DNA of 64,000 nt. It comes from Mobula hypostoma (lineage: Eukaryota). The position numbers were made by a program, and so were the translations under genes. The stretch lies in NCBI RefSeq assembly GCF_963921235.1, contig NC_086097.1:250606001-250670000 (forward strand), read 5' to 3'. Shown here piece after piece: positions 1 through 13,352 of this stretch (within the stretch, counting starts at the first letter, position 1; each line of letters begins with the position of its first letter). The notes below the pieces were generated by a model that worked only from the letters and a program-made list of their open reading frames with translations, ran no database searches and had not been told where the DNA came from.

Positions 1-7
1 TTAGAGC

Positions 8-230
8 GCCATGGTGGTGTAGTGGTTGACAGAATGCTATTATAGCTCAGGGTATTCCGGAGTTTGGAGTTCAATTCCATCGCTGTCTGTAAGAAGAGTT
101 GGTAATTCTCCCTTGTGACAGTGTTGGTTTCCTCTGGATGCTCCTCCCGCATGATCAGGCTAACGTTAACTAGGTGGGTTTCTGGGTGCTGTGGCTCATT
201 CCACAGTGTTTAAATACATTAATAAAACAG
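8..230 (+). mobile_element. tRNA-derived SINE (V-domain/HE1-like), degenerate
   Basis: A-box-like tggtgtagtgg, B-box-like gagttcaattcc, core gtttcctctggatgctc, AATAAA-like tail; same family repeated through the window. Confidence 0.6.
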
Positions 231-364
231 CTCCACACAATTGTATTTCTAGTCTTGTATATTTTCAGACAAGGCGTGCTACGGCAGTGTAGCGGTTAGC
301 GTTAACAATCTGCAGTGCTAGCAATCAGCGATTAGGGTCCAATTCCCACCACTGTCTGTAAGGA

Positions 365-3300
365 AACATAGAAACACAGAAAACCTACAGCACAATACAG
401 GCCCTTTGGCCCACAATGCTGTGCCGAACATGTACTTACTTTAGAAATTACCTATGTTTACCCATAGCCCTCTATTTTTCTAAGTCCTCATGTACCTATC
501 CAAGAGTCTCTCAGAAGACCCTTGTTACCGGCAGCCCTTCCACACACTCACCACTCTCTAAGTAAAAAACGTACCCCTGACATCTCCTCTGAACCTACTT
601 CCACGCACCTTAAAACTGTGCCCTCTCGTGCTAGACATTTCAGCCCTGGGAAAAAGCTTCTGACTATCCACATGATCAATGCCCCTCATCATCTTATACA
701 GCTCCATCAGGTCAACTCTCATCCTCCATCGCTCCAAGGAGAAAAGGCCAAGTTCACTCAAACTATTCTCATAAGGCATGCTCCCTAATCCAGGCAATAT
801 CCTTATCCTCTGCACACTTTCTATGGTTTCCGCATCCTTCCTGTAGTGAGGTGACCAGAACTGAGCACAGTACTCCAAGTGGAATCAGACCAGGTTCTCT
901 TACTTCTCGGCTCTTGAACTCAATCCCATGATTGATTGAGGCCAATGCATCATATGCCTTCTTAACCACAGAGTCAACCTGCGCAGCTGCTTTGAGTGTC
1001 CTATGGATTTGGACCCCAAGATCCCTCTGATCCTCCACACTGCCAAGAGTCTTACCATTAATACTATATTCTGCCATCATATTTGATCTACTGAAATGAA
1101 CCACCTCACACTTATCTGGGTTGAACTCCATCTGCCACTTCTCAGCCCAGTTTTTCATCCTATCAATGTCCCACTGTAACCTCTGACAGTCCTCCACACT
1201 ATCCACAACACCCCCCAGCCTTTGTGTCATCAGCAAATTTACTAACCCATCACTTCACTCCCTCATCCAGGTCATTCATAAAAATCACAAAAAGATGGGG
1301 TCCCAGAACAGATCCCTGAGGCACACCACTGGTCACTGATCTCCATGCAGAATATGACCGGACTACATCCACTCTTTGCTCTGTGTGGGCAAGCCAATTC
1401 TGGATACACAAAGCAAGGTCCCCTTGGATTCCATGCCTCCTTACTTTCTCAATAAGCCTTGCATGGGGTACCTTAGCAAATGCCTTGCTGAAATCCATAT
1501 ACACTACATCTACCGATCTACCTTCATGAACGTGTTTAGTCACATCCTCAAAAAATTCAATCAGGCTCATAAGGCACAACCTGCCTTTGACAAAGCCATG
1601 CTGACTATTCCTAATCATATTATGCCTCTCCAAATGTTCATAAATCCTGCCTCTAAGGATCTTCTCCATCGACTTACCAACCACTGAAGTAAGACTCACT
1701 GGTCTATAATTTCCTGGGCTATCTCTACTCCCTTTCTTGAATAAGGGAACAATATCCGCATCCTCCAATCCTCCAGAACCTCTCCCGTCTTCATTGATGA
1801 TGCAAAGATCATCGCCAGAGGCTCAGCAATCTCCTCCCTCACCTGCCACAGTATCGTGGGGTATATCTTGTCCAGTCCTGGCGACTTATCCAACTTGATG
1901 CTTTCCAAAAGCTCCAGCACATCCTCTTTCTTAATGTCTATATGCTCAAGCTTTTCAATCCACTGTAAGTCATCCCTACAATCGCCAATGTCCTTTTCCA
2001 TCGTGAATTGTGAAGCAAAGTATTCACTAAGCACCTCCGCTATCTCCTCCGGTTCCATACACATTTTTCCACTGAAACACTTCATTGGTCCTGTTCTCTC
2101 ACATCTTATCCTCTTGATCTTCACATACTTGTAGAATGCCTTGGGGTTTTCCTTAATCCTGCTTACCAAGGCCTTCCCATGGCCCCTTCTGGCTCTCCTA
2201 ATTACATCTTTAATCTCCTTCCTGCTCACCTTCTAATTTTATAACCATATAACAATTACAGCACAGAAACAGGCCATCTCGGCCCTTCTAGTCCGTGCCG
2301 AACTCTTACTCTCACCTAGTCCCACTGACCTGCACTCAGCCCACAACCCTCCATTCCTTTCCTGTCCATATAGCTATCCAATTTAACTTTAAACGACAAC
2401 ATCGAACCTGCCTCAACCACTTCTGCTGGAAGCTCGTTCCACACAGCTACCACTCTCTGAGTAAAGTAGTTCCCCCTCATGTTACCCCTAAACTTTTGCC
2501 CCCTAACTCTCAACTCATGTTCTCTTGTTTGAATTTCCCCCACTCTCAATGGAAAAAGCCTATCCACGTCAGCTCTATCTATCCCTCTCATAATTTTAAA
2601 CACCTCTATCAAGTCCCCCCTCAACCTTCTACGCTCCAAAGAATAAAGACCCAACTTGTTCAACCTTTCTCTGTAACTTAGGTGCTGAAATCCAGGTAAC
2701 ATTCTAGTAAATCTTCTCTGTACTCTCTCTATTTTGTTGACATCTTTCCTATAATTCGGTGACCAGAACTATACACAATTCTCCAAATTTGGCCTTACCA
2801 ATACCTCATTCAATTTTAACATTACATCCCAACTTCTATACTTAATGCTCTGATTTATAAAGGCCAGCATACCAAAAGCTTTCTTCACCACCCTATCCAC
2901 ATGAGATTCCACCTTCAGGGAACTATGCACCGTTATTCCTAGATCCCTCTGTTCTACTGCATTCTTCAATGCCCTACCATTTACCATGTATGTCCTATTT
3001 TGATTAGTCCTACCAAAATGTATCACCTCACATTTATCAGCATTAAAGTCCATCTTCCATCTTTCAGCCCACTCTTCTAGCTGGCCTAAATCTCTCTGTA
3101 AGCTTTGAAAACCTACTTCATTATCCATAACGCCATCTATCTTAGTATCTAGATTTTCTAGATCTTTATCATTACCTAGTGTTTTGAACCTTTCGTAAAC
3201 TTTTCTTTTTTTCTTGCCTAAATTTTCAACAGCCTTTGTACACCATGGTTCTTGTACCCTACCATCCTTTTCCCGTCTCAATGTACCTATGCAAAACTCC

Positions 3301-4216
3301 ACGCAAATATCCCCTGAGCATTTGTCATATTTCTGCCATACAGTTCCCTGAGAATATCTGTTCCCAATTTATGCTTCCAAGTTCCTGCCTGATAGCTTCA
3401 TATTTTCCCTTACTCCAATTAAATGCATTCCTAACTTGTCTGTTCCTATCCCTCTCCAATGCTATGGTAAAGGAGATAGAATTGTGATCACTATCTCCAT
3501 AATGCTCTCCCACTGAGAGACCTGACACCTGACCAGGTTCATTTCCCAATACCAGATCAAGTACAGCCTCTCTTCTTGTAGGCTTATCTACATATTGTGT
3601 CAGGAAACCTTCCTGAACAGACCTAACAAACTCAACCCCATCTAAATACCTTGCTCTCGTCTGTTTTCAGGACCTCCTCCCTTTTCCTGCCTATATTATT
3701 GGTACCAATATGTACCACAACCTCTGGCTGTTCACCTTCCCACTTCAGGATATTGCAGACGCGATCAAAAACACCCCAGACCCTGGCACCTGGGAGGCAA
3801 ACTACCATCCGTGTTTCTTTCCTGTGTCCACAGAATCGCCTGTCTGACCCCCCAACTATAGAGACCCCTATCACTGCTGCCATCCTCTTCCTTTCCCTAC
3901 CCTTCTGAGCCACAGGGCCAGACTCTGTGCCAGAGGCGCGGTCGCCGTTGCTTCTCCCAGGTAGGCCGTCCCCCCTCCCAACAGTACTCAAACAGGAGTA
4001 CTTATTGTCAAGGGGTACAGCCACAGGGGTACTCTGCAGTATCTGACTCCTGCCCTTCCCTCTCCTGACAGTTATCCACTTATCTGTCTCTCGAGGCCCC
4101 GGTGTGACTACCTGCCTATGGCTCCTCTCTATCACCTCCTCACTCTCCCTGACCAGACAAAGGTCATCGAGCTGCATCTCCAGTTCCCTAACACGGTCCC
4201 TAAGGAGCTGTAGCTC
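365..4216 (-). mobile_element. Decayed CR1 LINE (partial ORF1 esterase, internal deletion, ORF2 RT with frameshifts)
   Basis: ORF fragments with [36 protein letters not shown]1 VVVHIGTN; (tttctatg)-type 3' tail at 365-380. Confidence 0.92.
2241..3150 (-). mobile_element. 5'-truncated CR1 nested in the CR1 above
   Basis: Second RT C-terminus and own 3' tail (ttatatggtta) interrupting the outer ORF2; same subfamily as 60453-61552. Confidence 0.88.
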
Positions 4217-5184
4217 GAGTACAAACTCCTTAGGAGTTTGTACTCTCTCCCCGTGACCATGTGGATTACTTCCAGATGCTCTGATTTCCTCCCACATTCC
4301 AAACAGGTATGTGTTGGGGTTAGTAAGTTGTGGGCACGCTATGGTTCTGACCGAAGTGTGGTGACTCTTGCGAGCTGAACCCAGCCCCAGCCCATCTTCA
4401 ATCTGACACAAAACAACGCACCTCACTGTATGCTTTGATTTATCACGTATTTGTTTGTTGTGTACCATGCTGTGTTCTTCTTGGCAAATGTCTCTACAGA
4501 GGTGGTTTGGCATTGCCTTCTTCAGGGTGGTGTCTTTACAAGACAGGTGATCCCAGCCATTATAGTCATAGTCATACTTTATTGATCCCAGGGGGAAATT
4601 GGTTAATACTCTTCAGAGATTGTCTGCCTGGCGTCAGTGGTCACATAACCAGGACTTGTGATCTGCACCGGCTGCTCATACGACCATCCACCACCTGCTC
4701 CCATGGCTTCACGTGACCCTGATCGGATGGGGAGGGGCTGAACAGGTGCTACACCTCGCCCGAGGGTGACCTGCAGGCTAGCGGAGGGAAGGAGCACCTT
4801 ACACCTCCTGTGGAAGAGATTTATCTCCACCCCGTCATTTATTTGCATACATGACAAATAAAGCTAATTTTAATCTCAACAGACATGGAAACAACTGAGG
4901 AGTTGTTTTCACCAGATGCAAAAATAAACCAATGTAAATATAGTGTTGTGGTAGTCGAAACCTTTTATTTGTTGTCTGACTCAGATCCTGTTGGTACTCA
5001 GTTACTACCTTTTCCTGTTTTGCTCTCTTTGTGCATTTATTGTGAGCCCGTAGCGGCAGGTGGAAGGCAGGGCACAGCTGTACCTCCCGAGCGGCAACTC
5101 GCCAGTAACCCAGCAGGGAGGAGTGGAGAGGACAGGCTGACCTACAGTGCAGCTGAAAAAACCAGCAGAGCAAGCTGTAAAGCC

Positions 5185-5460
5185 AGGTGGAAGGGTAGTG
5201 ATTAGCACAACTCTTCACAGTCCCAGTGACCCAGGTTCAATTCCTGCCGCCACCTGTATAGAGTTTGTGCGCTCTCCCCGTGACTGCGTGGGTTTCCTCC
5301 GGGTGCTCTGGTTTCCTCCCACAGTCCAAAGACTGTGGTAGGTTAAACGGTGGTTGTTAATTGTCCTGTGATTAGGCTAGGATTAAATCAGGGGATGGAA
5401 GGGAAGCGAGGCTCGAAGGGCCAGGTGGGCCTACTTAACACTTTATCTCAATAAAAAGTA
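5185..5460 (+). mobile_element. tRNA-derived V-domain/HE1-like SINE
   Basis: ggttcaattcc B-box, V-like core gtgggtttcctccgggtgctctggtttcctcccacagtccaaaga, AATAAA tail. Confidence 0.75.
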
Positions 5461-5524
5461 TTTTAAAAACTTTAAAACCAGAGCACTGCATTTATTTGCA
5501 GGGCAAGTCGGTGGTGACATTCAT

Positions 5525-6920
5525 TAACAGTCATTTCCAGAGCGAGAATACAAAAGCAAGGATGTAATGCTGAGGTTTTATGAGACATTGGTCAAACCGC
5601 CCGTGGAGTATCGTGTGCAGATATGCTGGCATTGGAGAGGATCCAGAGTACGCTCGCAAGAATGCTCCCAGGATGGAAAGACTTAACGTATAAGGAACGT
5701 TTGATGGCTCTGGGCCTGTACTCACTGGAGTTCAGAAGAATAAGGGAAGCTCTCATTGAATCTTGAAAAGCCTGGATAGAATGGATCTGGAGGGAATGTT
5801 TCCTATAGAGGGTGAGGCTAGGACCAGAAAGCACAGCCTCAGAATAGAGGGATGTTCTTTTGGAACAGAAATGAGGAGGAATTTTTTCAGCCAGAATCTA
5901 TTGAATTAACTTCATGGGTATATTTAAAACAGATAGCTTCTTGATTAGTAAGGGCATCAAAGGATATGGGGCTAAGAGGAATAATTAATCAGCCACGATG
6001 GAATGGCAGAGTGGACTCATAGAGTCATCGAATCATGCAAAAGCACAGCACAGAAACAGGCCCTTCGGCCCATCCAGTGCACACTGAAACCATTTAAACT
6101 GCTTACTCCCACCGAACTGCACCCTCCCATCCATGTACCTGTCCTAACTTCTCTCAAATGTCAAAATTGAAATTGCATCCACCACTCCCACTGGCAGCTC
6201 ATTCCACACTCTCACCACCCTCTGAGTGAAGAAGCTCCCCCTCATGTTCCCCATCAGCATTTCACCTTTCACCATTAGCCCTCCGGTGAAAAATGATATT
6301 GTATCCGTTAAATAGGGGCCGTGGACAATTCTGATTTGGTGGAGAGGGACGTGAAAGCACAGAGGAACATCTGGAGAAATTTCTGAAATGCTCGTTCGCT
6401 GCTGTCATTACTGCGTGGTCGGGAATCTTCCGGAGGGAAGGCCTCAAAATCCCTGGCTTTGCCTGCTGTTGGCGACCGAGATTGAGGTCGAATTGTTTGG
6501 ACAGAGTTGGTGCTCTTTACTCGGTGTCGGAGAGCTGATCAGAGCTCGAAGTTTTCGGATGACTCAGAGTTGGACTGTGGTCGGCATGGCAGGGAGAGGT
6601 TTTCTTCCTTCTCCCATCTGCGTGAGATGTGGGACATTTGAGAGACTTTGAACTTTTACTGTGCTCATGGACTTCATCAAATTATGGTATTGTTGCACTC
6701 TTGTAACTATATGTTATAATTATGTGGTTTTGTCAGTTTTTTCAGTCTTGGTCTGTCCTGTGTTTTGTGATATCACACCGGAGGAAATATTGTATCATTT
6801 CTTAATGCATGCATTACTAAATAAACAATAAAAAGAGGACTGCGTGTCTTCATAATCTAAAATCTAACCCATGAACTCTAGTTGTAGTCCCACCCAACCT
6901 CAGTGAGAAAAGCCTACTTG
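5525..6920. mobile_element. Two tail-to-tail CR1 3' fragments (+ 5525-6020; - 6020-6920), the second interrupted at 6282-6864
   Basis: Degenerate CR1 ORF2 C-terminal and 3' UTR sequence. Confidence 0.7.
6282..6864 (+). mobile_element. Unclassified retroposed insertion with (aatct)n tail
   Basis: Flanked by tagccc/taaccc (6276-6281, 6865-6870); AATAAA signals near 6820-6832; host CR1 fragment resumes after it. Confidence 0.55.
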
Positions 6921-9900
6921 GACATCATTGGGCAAAATGCCTAATTTTGATCCTATGCCTTATGGTCTCTAAGAATGAATGTGGAAAGATGTTTCCCACA
7001 GTGGGGCAGTCTGGGGTGAGAGGGCCGAATGACCAGATTCTGCTCTTATGTCTTCTGGATATGGGCAATAGAATACTCAAAACAATCTACAACATTGGAC
7101 AATGTCACATTCAAGTTTATTTCAGAAGTTCAAAAGTTTTGAAAGTTTTCCTTGCAGAATATAAATCCTCACAAATGCTAAGTGTGCACAGAAGAAGGTT
7201 CAATGTTGACAAAGGCTTTGTTGTTTCAGCTTTGGAACAGTGCACACATCCTCAGGAAACTTCATAATGAAAGTTGCTCTCTGCCTTAAAGCTGCTGATT
7301 TAAGAACCAAATATTCTGCTGCTTCTCTCCATGGAGTTTCAGTAAGTTTTAAATTCAGAAATAGTATCATAAGATAGCAGAAGTGTTACCTTTTGCACAT
7401 TGATTGTTAGTCCGTCTTGTTGTGTGTGGTTTTTCAATGATTCTGTTGTGATTTTTTGTATTTACTGTGAATGCCCACAATAAAATGAATCTCAGGCTTG
7501 TACATGGTAACACATATGTACTTTGATGATAAATTTACTTTGAACTTTGATTTTATGGATGGTCTTCTAAGTCATTTTCTGATATCTCTTGATTCCCTTT
7601 GTACTTGACCTGGCATCTTTGCATTGTGAACCAAAGTCTTGAAGGTGCGGAACACTCGTGCCGTGGTGTGCTTGGGCCAAAACTAGGGGCCTGTGCCTGA
7701 GAGTGAGAAACTAGCCAATGTTTGGCTATTGCTGGAGCGGACCAGGAGTTGATTCGAAACAGCAGATCTGAGGGGAGGCAGAATCGAGGCAGTGGGGTCC
7801 AAGCCTGAGGGCGAGGAGTGAGCTGATGTTTGATCCATTTAAGCGCGGGGCCAGATTGCAAAGTTCGGGTACAGGCTGAATCAAGGTAGTAGGGACCGGG
7901 CCCAGATCTGAGAGTGAGGAACGAGCTGATATTTGGCTGATTTAAGCACCGAGCCTGATTGAAACGATCAGTGGTTGTGGCCGGAGGCAAGCGACAGGCA
8001 AGTGATTAGCTCATTGCTTGGTGAGGTTTACACATCTCTGCGCTGAACGGAGGCGCTGGCCTGTAACTAACGGGCTCCTGGACCAGCCGTAGTGACGACT
8101 GGCTTCGTGGCTGTGAACTCACTCCCGAACTTTAGTACGGAATGTTATTTGCTTACTTTTTATTGTTTGTATGATTTGTTCTTTTTTTTGCACATTGGAT
8201 GTTTGATGGTCTTTTTTTTTAACAGGCTGCATTGTGTGTTTTGTTTTATGGCTGCCCGTAAGGAGACAAATCTCAAGGGTCTATGTAGTATACACACTTC
8301 AATAATAAATGTGGTTTGAACTTTGAACTTTGTATCAAAACATCTCTCAGTCTCTGACCCAAGTCATCTACTGAACACCCTCTTTCTATTTGTTCAAAGT
8401 TCAAAGTAAACTTATTATCAAAGTACATATATGTCACCATATACAACCCGGAGAAGTTTGGCACAACCTCAGGAGCCTAGAAATTAATCCTCCGATGACT
8501 AATTCCTTATCCAAACCTGAATTCTGAACTCAGGCAGGGGAGAATATTCTCCTGCACTCCTCCATCAAGAATATGAAGAATTTTACATGTTTTAATTATT
8601 TTTCTGAGAATATAAGCCACGTTTCCTCAAAGGACAACCTCAGTATATTTAATTTGCTTTATTTTATTTAAAGATATATGATGGAATAAGCCACACTGTC
8701 CAGCAACCCAGCTATTTAACACAGGACAAAATAATGACAATGATTGATTATTTATTTATTTATTGATACAGCACAGAATAGACCCTACCAGATAAATGAG
8801 GCGCGTTGCCTAGCAACCCACCTATTTAACCCTAGCCTAATCACCGGACAATTTACGGTACCTATTAACCTACTAACCGGTATGTCGTTGGACTGTGGGA
8901 GGAAACTCGAGTACCTGGTGGAATCCCCTGCGGTTGTGGGGAGAAGTTACAGCTCGAGTTGTGATAGCGTCGTACTAACCGTTACACCACTGTGGCCTTT
9001 ACTAGGCAATCAATCTTTGTCACACTCCCTTGAAACAAATCGATGCTTTCTTAGGTTGGGAAACCAAAAATGTGTGTAGTGTCCAGCCACAGTCTCACTG
9101 AGAGGTTACTAAGTCTTCTGTTATATACTCAATCTTTTTGTGCTAAACTAAATATTTGTCTACTCAGTTACTTGCAATGCCCACATGCAAACTTCCTTTT
9201 ATCCTACAAAAGGTAGTGAATTCAACCCAGTACATCGCTGGTAAAGCCCTCCCAACGATTGAGCACATCTACATGAAATGCTGTTGTAGGAGAGCCCACC
9301 CACCATTAGAGATCCCCGCTACCCTGGCCATGCTCTTTTCTCATTGCTGTCATTGGGTAGGAAGTTCAGGAGCCTCTGGACTTGTACCAGATCTCCTCAT
9401 CCTCAGAGCTTTTTCTGGTTTTCTACTTCTCCAAAAAATCTGGATATCATAAGGAGCCTGTCATGGAGGGCACTCGATCAACACAAGTGCATTCTCACAC
9501 ATACACACACGCACACACACAAACACTCATTCACACACACACACACACTGTCATCCACACACACAGACACACATTGCCTTGTCATTCTGCTGGTGTTGTG
9601 CTGAGTGTATGCACTTCCCCCGGTGTATTCTCATCATGGGACCTAAACTGAGCTGCTGTGCTCAGCTTGGGTTTATGGTGCCTTTCCCGCCATACACGGT
9701 GGAATAATCCATTTCTTTAGTAATGAGGATGTGTAAATGGGTATATGTTGTCTGTATACTGTATTTAAGGTAGATACTTGTCTATTTTTTAATATGACTG
9801 TATCTACATTTTGGAGTGCATCATATTCTCATTCACATGCAATCTTTAGTTGACATTAAAGAAGGTTTATCCTGGTGCCTAGTAAATCAGGGATCATCGC

Positions 9901-10644
9901 TCTCACAGAGAGAGCGAGAGAGAGATAGATAGATAGATATTGGGGCTGCCAGGAGTTCACACTGGACAAAAATAGTACAAGGCTATTATTGTATTATTGT
10001 GTCCTTGGTTCTTGGTTCTTGATCCTCCAAAATATTCCACATGGAATTTAAACCGGAGGTGGCGGAGGGTGAGCTTAAGGAGGAGATTTTTGAAGAAGAA
10101 AAGCTGCTTTAAATTTAATTGGTTTTCTGGTGGATATAGATTTCATAAATATTGGCAGTTTTCTTTTCACTGTTTTTGCTAACTTCTGGAAGTTTGATTT
10201 TAGATACACCCAGCAAACACCCTTGCACTGAAGTGCTTAGCGACTCCAGCCATTTTATAACCCATGTAGCTAACAGAGCCCACCAGGAACGTGATGATCA
10301 GTACAACTCAAAAAAATACCAAAAGTCAGCTTGGCAGATACTTGTATTCCAAAATTAGAACATAAAGCCTGAAAACAGAGGCATGGTCACACTGAGAATA
10401 TCCATAATTTCTACAGGCAAGACAAGCAGTACAATTGCTACCTCAAGCGCGATCACACCAGATTATAAAGCCGCTCAACTATTTCTTAAAGGTTTACCCT
10501 TTGATGCTCTTCAGTTGCCGTGACAACACAACACACAATCTTCTTATTATTACATCATTAACATTTCAATTCAGTATTAACACGAAGGAAGGACGCTTTA
10601 AAACAACTGACACAAAGAACAAGCAATATTCTTATTTACACAAG

Positions 10645-11235
10645 AAATTCTGCAGATGCTGGAAATCCAGAGCAACACACACAAAATGCTGGAGAAACTC
10701 AGCAGGTCAGGCAGCATCTACGGAAATGAGTAAACAATCAACGTTTTGGGCCAAGACCCTTCTTCAGGCCTGAGAAGGAATGGGGAAGATGCCAGAATGA
10801 AAAGGGTAGAGGGAGGGGAAGGAGAATAGCCAGAAGGTGATAGGTGAAGCCAGGTGAGTGAGAAAGGTAAAGGGCTGGAGAGAAGGAATCTGATAGGAGA
10901 GGAGAGTGGACCATAGGAAAAGGGGAAGGAGGGGGGGCATCAGTGGGAGGTGATAGGCAGGTGAGAAGAGGTAAGAGGCCAATGTGGAGAATTGAAGAAG
11001 AGGGGAAAGGGAGAGGATTTCTTCACTGCAAGAAATCAATATTCATGCCATTAGATTGGAGGCTACCCAGACAGAAATAAAATGTTGCTCCTCTACCCTG
11101 AGGGTGGTTTCATTGTTGCACAAGTGTAGGCCATAGACCAATATGTCAGAATGGGAATGGGAATTAAAATGTTGGGCCACTGGGAAAGTCTGCTCGTGGT
11201 GGACACAGCGGTGGTGCTCGATGAAACAGACTCCC
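10645..11235 (-). mobile_element. Penelope-like element 3' fragment with terminal repeat (pLTR)
   Basis: Degenerate C-terminus of the GIY-YIG region (EEQH..LGSLQ..GMNIDF), pyrimidine-rich 3' region and pLTR shared with other copies. Confidence 0.8.
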
Positions 11236-12204
11236 AGTACTTACCTAGACAGTACTCTCATCGATAGCAGTATTCAGAAAGGCTTGGAGATCAAATTGGT
11301 TCAAGGACCAATAAAAGAAGCAAAGTTTGGAATACTGCTAACTTTCCTCAAGATAACAAGCAACTCCACTTCCTGCCACTGTCTGTAAGGAGTTTTTGTG
11401 TTCTCTCAATGAACGTATGGTCAAGAAAAACTGCTTCCATACAGGGAGGACAACAGCCTGTTATGTAAAATTGAAGCCATTGGAACTACGCTTTCTGTGG
11501 AACATTTATCAACAAGGATTTCTATGCTGTGAAATGGAATGCGGCTGCATGATTACTCACATTATTTAGATTGGTTGTGGTTTTTGAACAGTACCGTACA
11601 GGCTGTGACGACCTCTTAACCTACTCTAAGATCAATCTAACCATTCCCTTCTACGTAGCCCTCCATTTTTTTAAATTCCATGCGCCTACCTAAGAGTTTC
11701 TTAAATGTCCCTGATGTGTCTGCCCCTACCCCCATCCCTGGCAGGGCATTCCACACGCCCACCGCTCTCTGTGTAAAAAATTTACCCCTGCCGCACCTGC
11801 CCCCTGTACTTTCAACTGTCTATGCTCACCCATCACAGAATAAAGAAGTTTTTTCTGTCAAGTTTCTTACAAATTTCTTACAAATCAAACACAAATCGTA
11901 GGAATGAAAATCAGTTCACTGATTATGACATCACTGTTATGACCTCATCAAAATGGAATTGAGGCAAGACTCAGTAAACAAACATCCAGCTATAAAATAA
12001 ACCTGAGGCAATTTAAAACAATATTACAGATCTTTTGACTCATTTATCTCGGATGCCAAATGATATGAAGCCAGTGGAAAGACACACCAGATGGTCTACT
12101 ATATATGATTAGCTGCTCTGGTGTTCACCCAGAATTATTCCCCTGATTAACTAACAAATAAAAATAATTAAATTAAAAAAGGACCATCATTTTGGCAAGA
12201 AGTA

Positions 12205-12678
12205 CACTCAGTGGCCACTTCATTAGGTACAGGAGTGCATGTTTGTGATCTTCTGCTGCTGTAGCCCAACCACTTCAAGATTCGACATGTTGTGTGTTCA
12301 CAGATGCTTTTCTACACACCACTGTTGTAACGCATGGTTACCATTGCTTTCCTGTTCAGGCTACTGAACTGCCACTCACTGGATTTTAAACAAAATATTT
12401 CGTACCATTCTCTGTAAACTTTAGAGACTGTTGTGTGTAAATATCCCAGGAGATCAGTGGTTTCTGATCACCCCATCTACCACCAACAATCATTCCACTG
12501 TCCAATTCACTTAGATCACATTTCTTCCCCATTCTGACGTTTGATCTAAACAATAACTGAGTCTCTTGACCATGTCTGCATGCTTTTATGCATTGAGTTT
12601 ATGCTGCATGACAGGCTGTTAGATATTTGTATTAACAAGCAGGGGTACAGCTGTACTTGATAAGGTGGCCACTGAGTG
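12205..12678 (-). mobile_element. Non-autonomous Tc1-like DNA transposon
   Basis: TIRs cactcagtggccacttcattaggtaca / tgtacttgataaggtggccactgagtg; TA on the left; remnant of the N-terminal transposase (GYSSRR). Confidence 0.85.
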
Positions 12679-12958
12679 CATTTGGGGACAGACGATTTAC
12701 CAAATCTAAATTAATTTATAATATTAATCAAAAAAAATCACTCTAACCTAACAAAAATCAAAGCTGTCTATTTATAAACTCAATTTGTCTATCGTCACAT
12801 TCACCCCCAAGCACATTGTAAATAAAAACTCTAGAATATGATACAATGATATTCCAAATACAATGGAGTGCTTTTAACAGCAAAGCAGAATGTATTAATC
12901 GCATGCTCGGTAGACAACCTTACATGTCACTAAGTGTTCAGGAGGATTGTATTCATAA

Positions 12959-12976
12959 CGTGTGTGTGTGTGTGTT

Positions 12977-13022
<46 letters not shown>

Positions 13023-13028
13023 TGTGTT

Positions 13029-13074
<46 letters not shown>

Positions 13075-13096
13075 TGTGTGTGTGTGAGTGTGTGTG

Positions 13097-13129
<33 letters not shown>

Positions 13130-13130
13130 T

Positions 13131-13208
<78 letters not shown>

Positions 13209-13212
13209 CGCG
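12959..13212. repeat. (TG)n microsatellite with periodic TTTG interruptions, ~250 bp
   Basis: Seen directly; explains the VCVC/HTHT ORFs. Confidence 0.98.
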
Positions 13213-13352
13213 CAGAAACTTTTTAATATTCAAAACCTGTTTTATAATAAAAAGACTAATCCCTGGAAAGTTTTGTAAATGGATCTTCATAAGATTGGAA
13301 GGCTGACTCTGATAACTTCTTCTGAGTGCAGTAGGCTTTTAAATATCTGCCA

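Larger units (their letters stand above)
278..4440 (+). mobile_element. tRNA-derived SINE split by a CR1 insertion (pieces 278-364 and 4232-~4440)
   Basis: ...ctgtctgtaagga at 364 resumes as aggagtttgtactctctccccgtg at 4232, matching the uninterrupted copies at 5185 and 42600. Confidence 0.75.

Noticed and set aside
5040..5180. Enhancer suggested by clustered E-boxes (CAGGTG, CAGCTG) in GC-richer unique sequence
   Set aside because: Short motifs are expected by chance; no conservation or chromatin data are available.
5185..5260. tRNA genes
   Set aside because: A/B-box-like heads continue into SINE bodies and do not form a full cloverleaf.
9600..12200. Exons of a neighbouring gene in the less repetitive stretch
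   Set aside because: No recognisable protein similarity or convincing spliceable ORF on either strand.
12846..13306. Cys/Val- and His/Thr-rich ORFs
   Set aside because: Translations of the (TG)n microsatellite.
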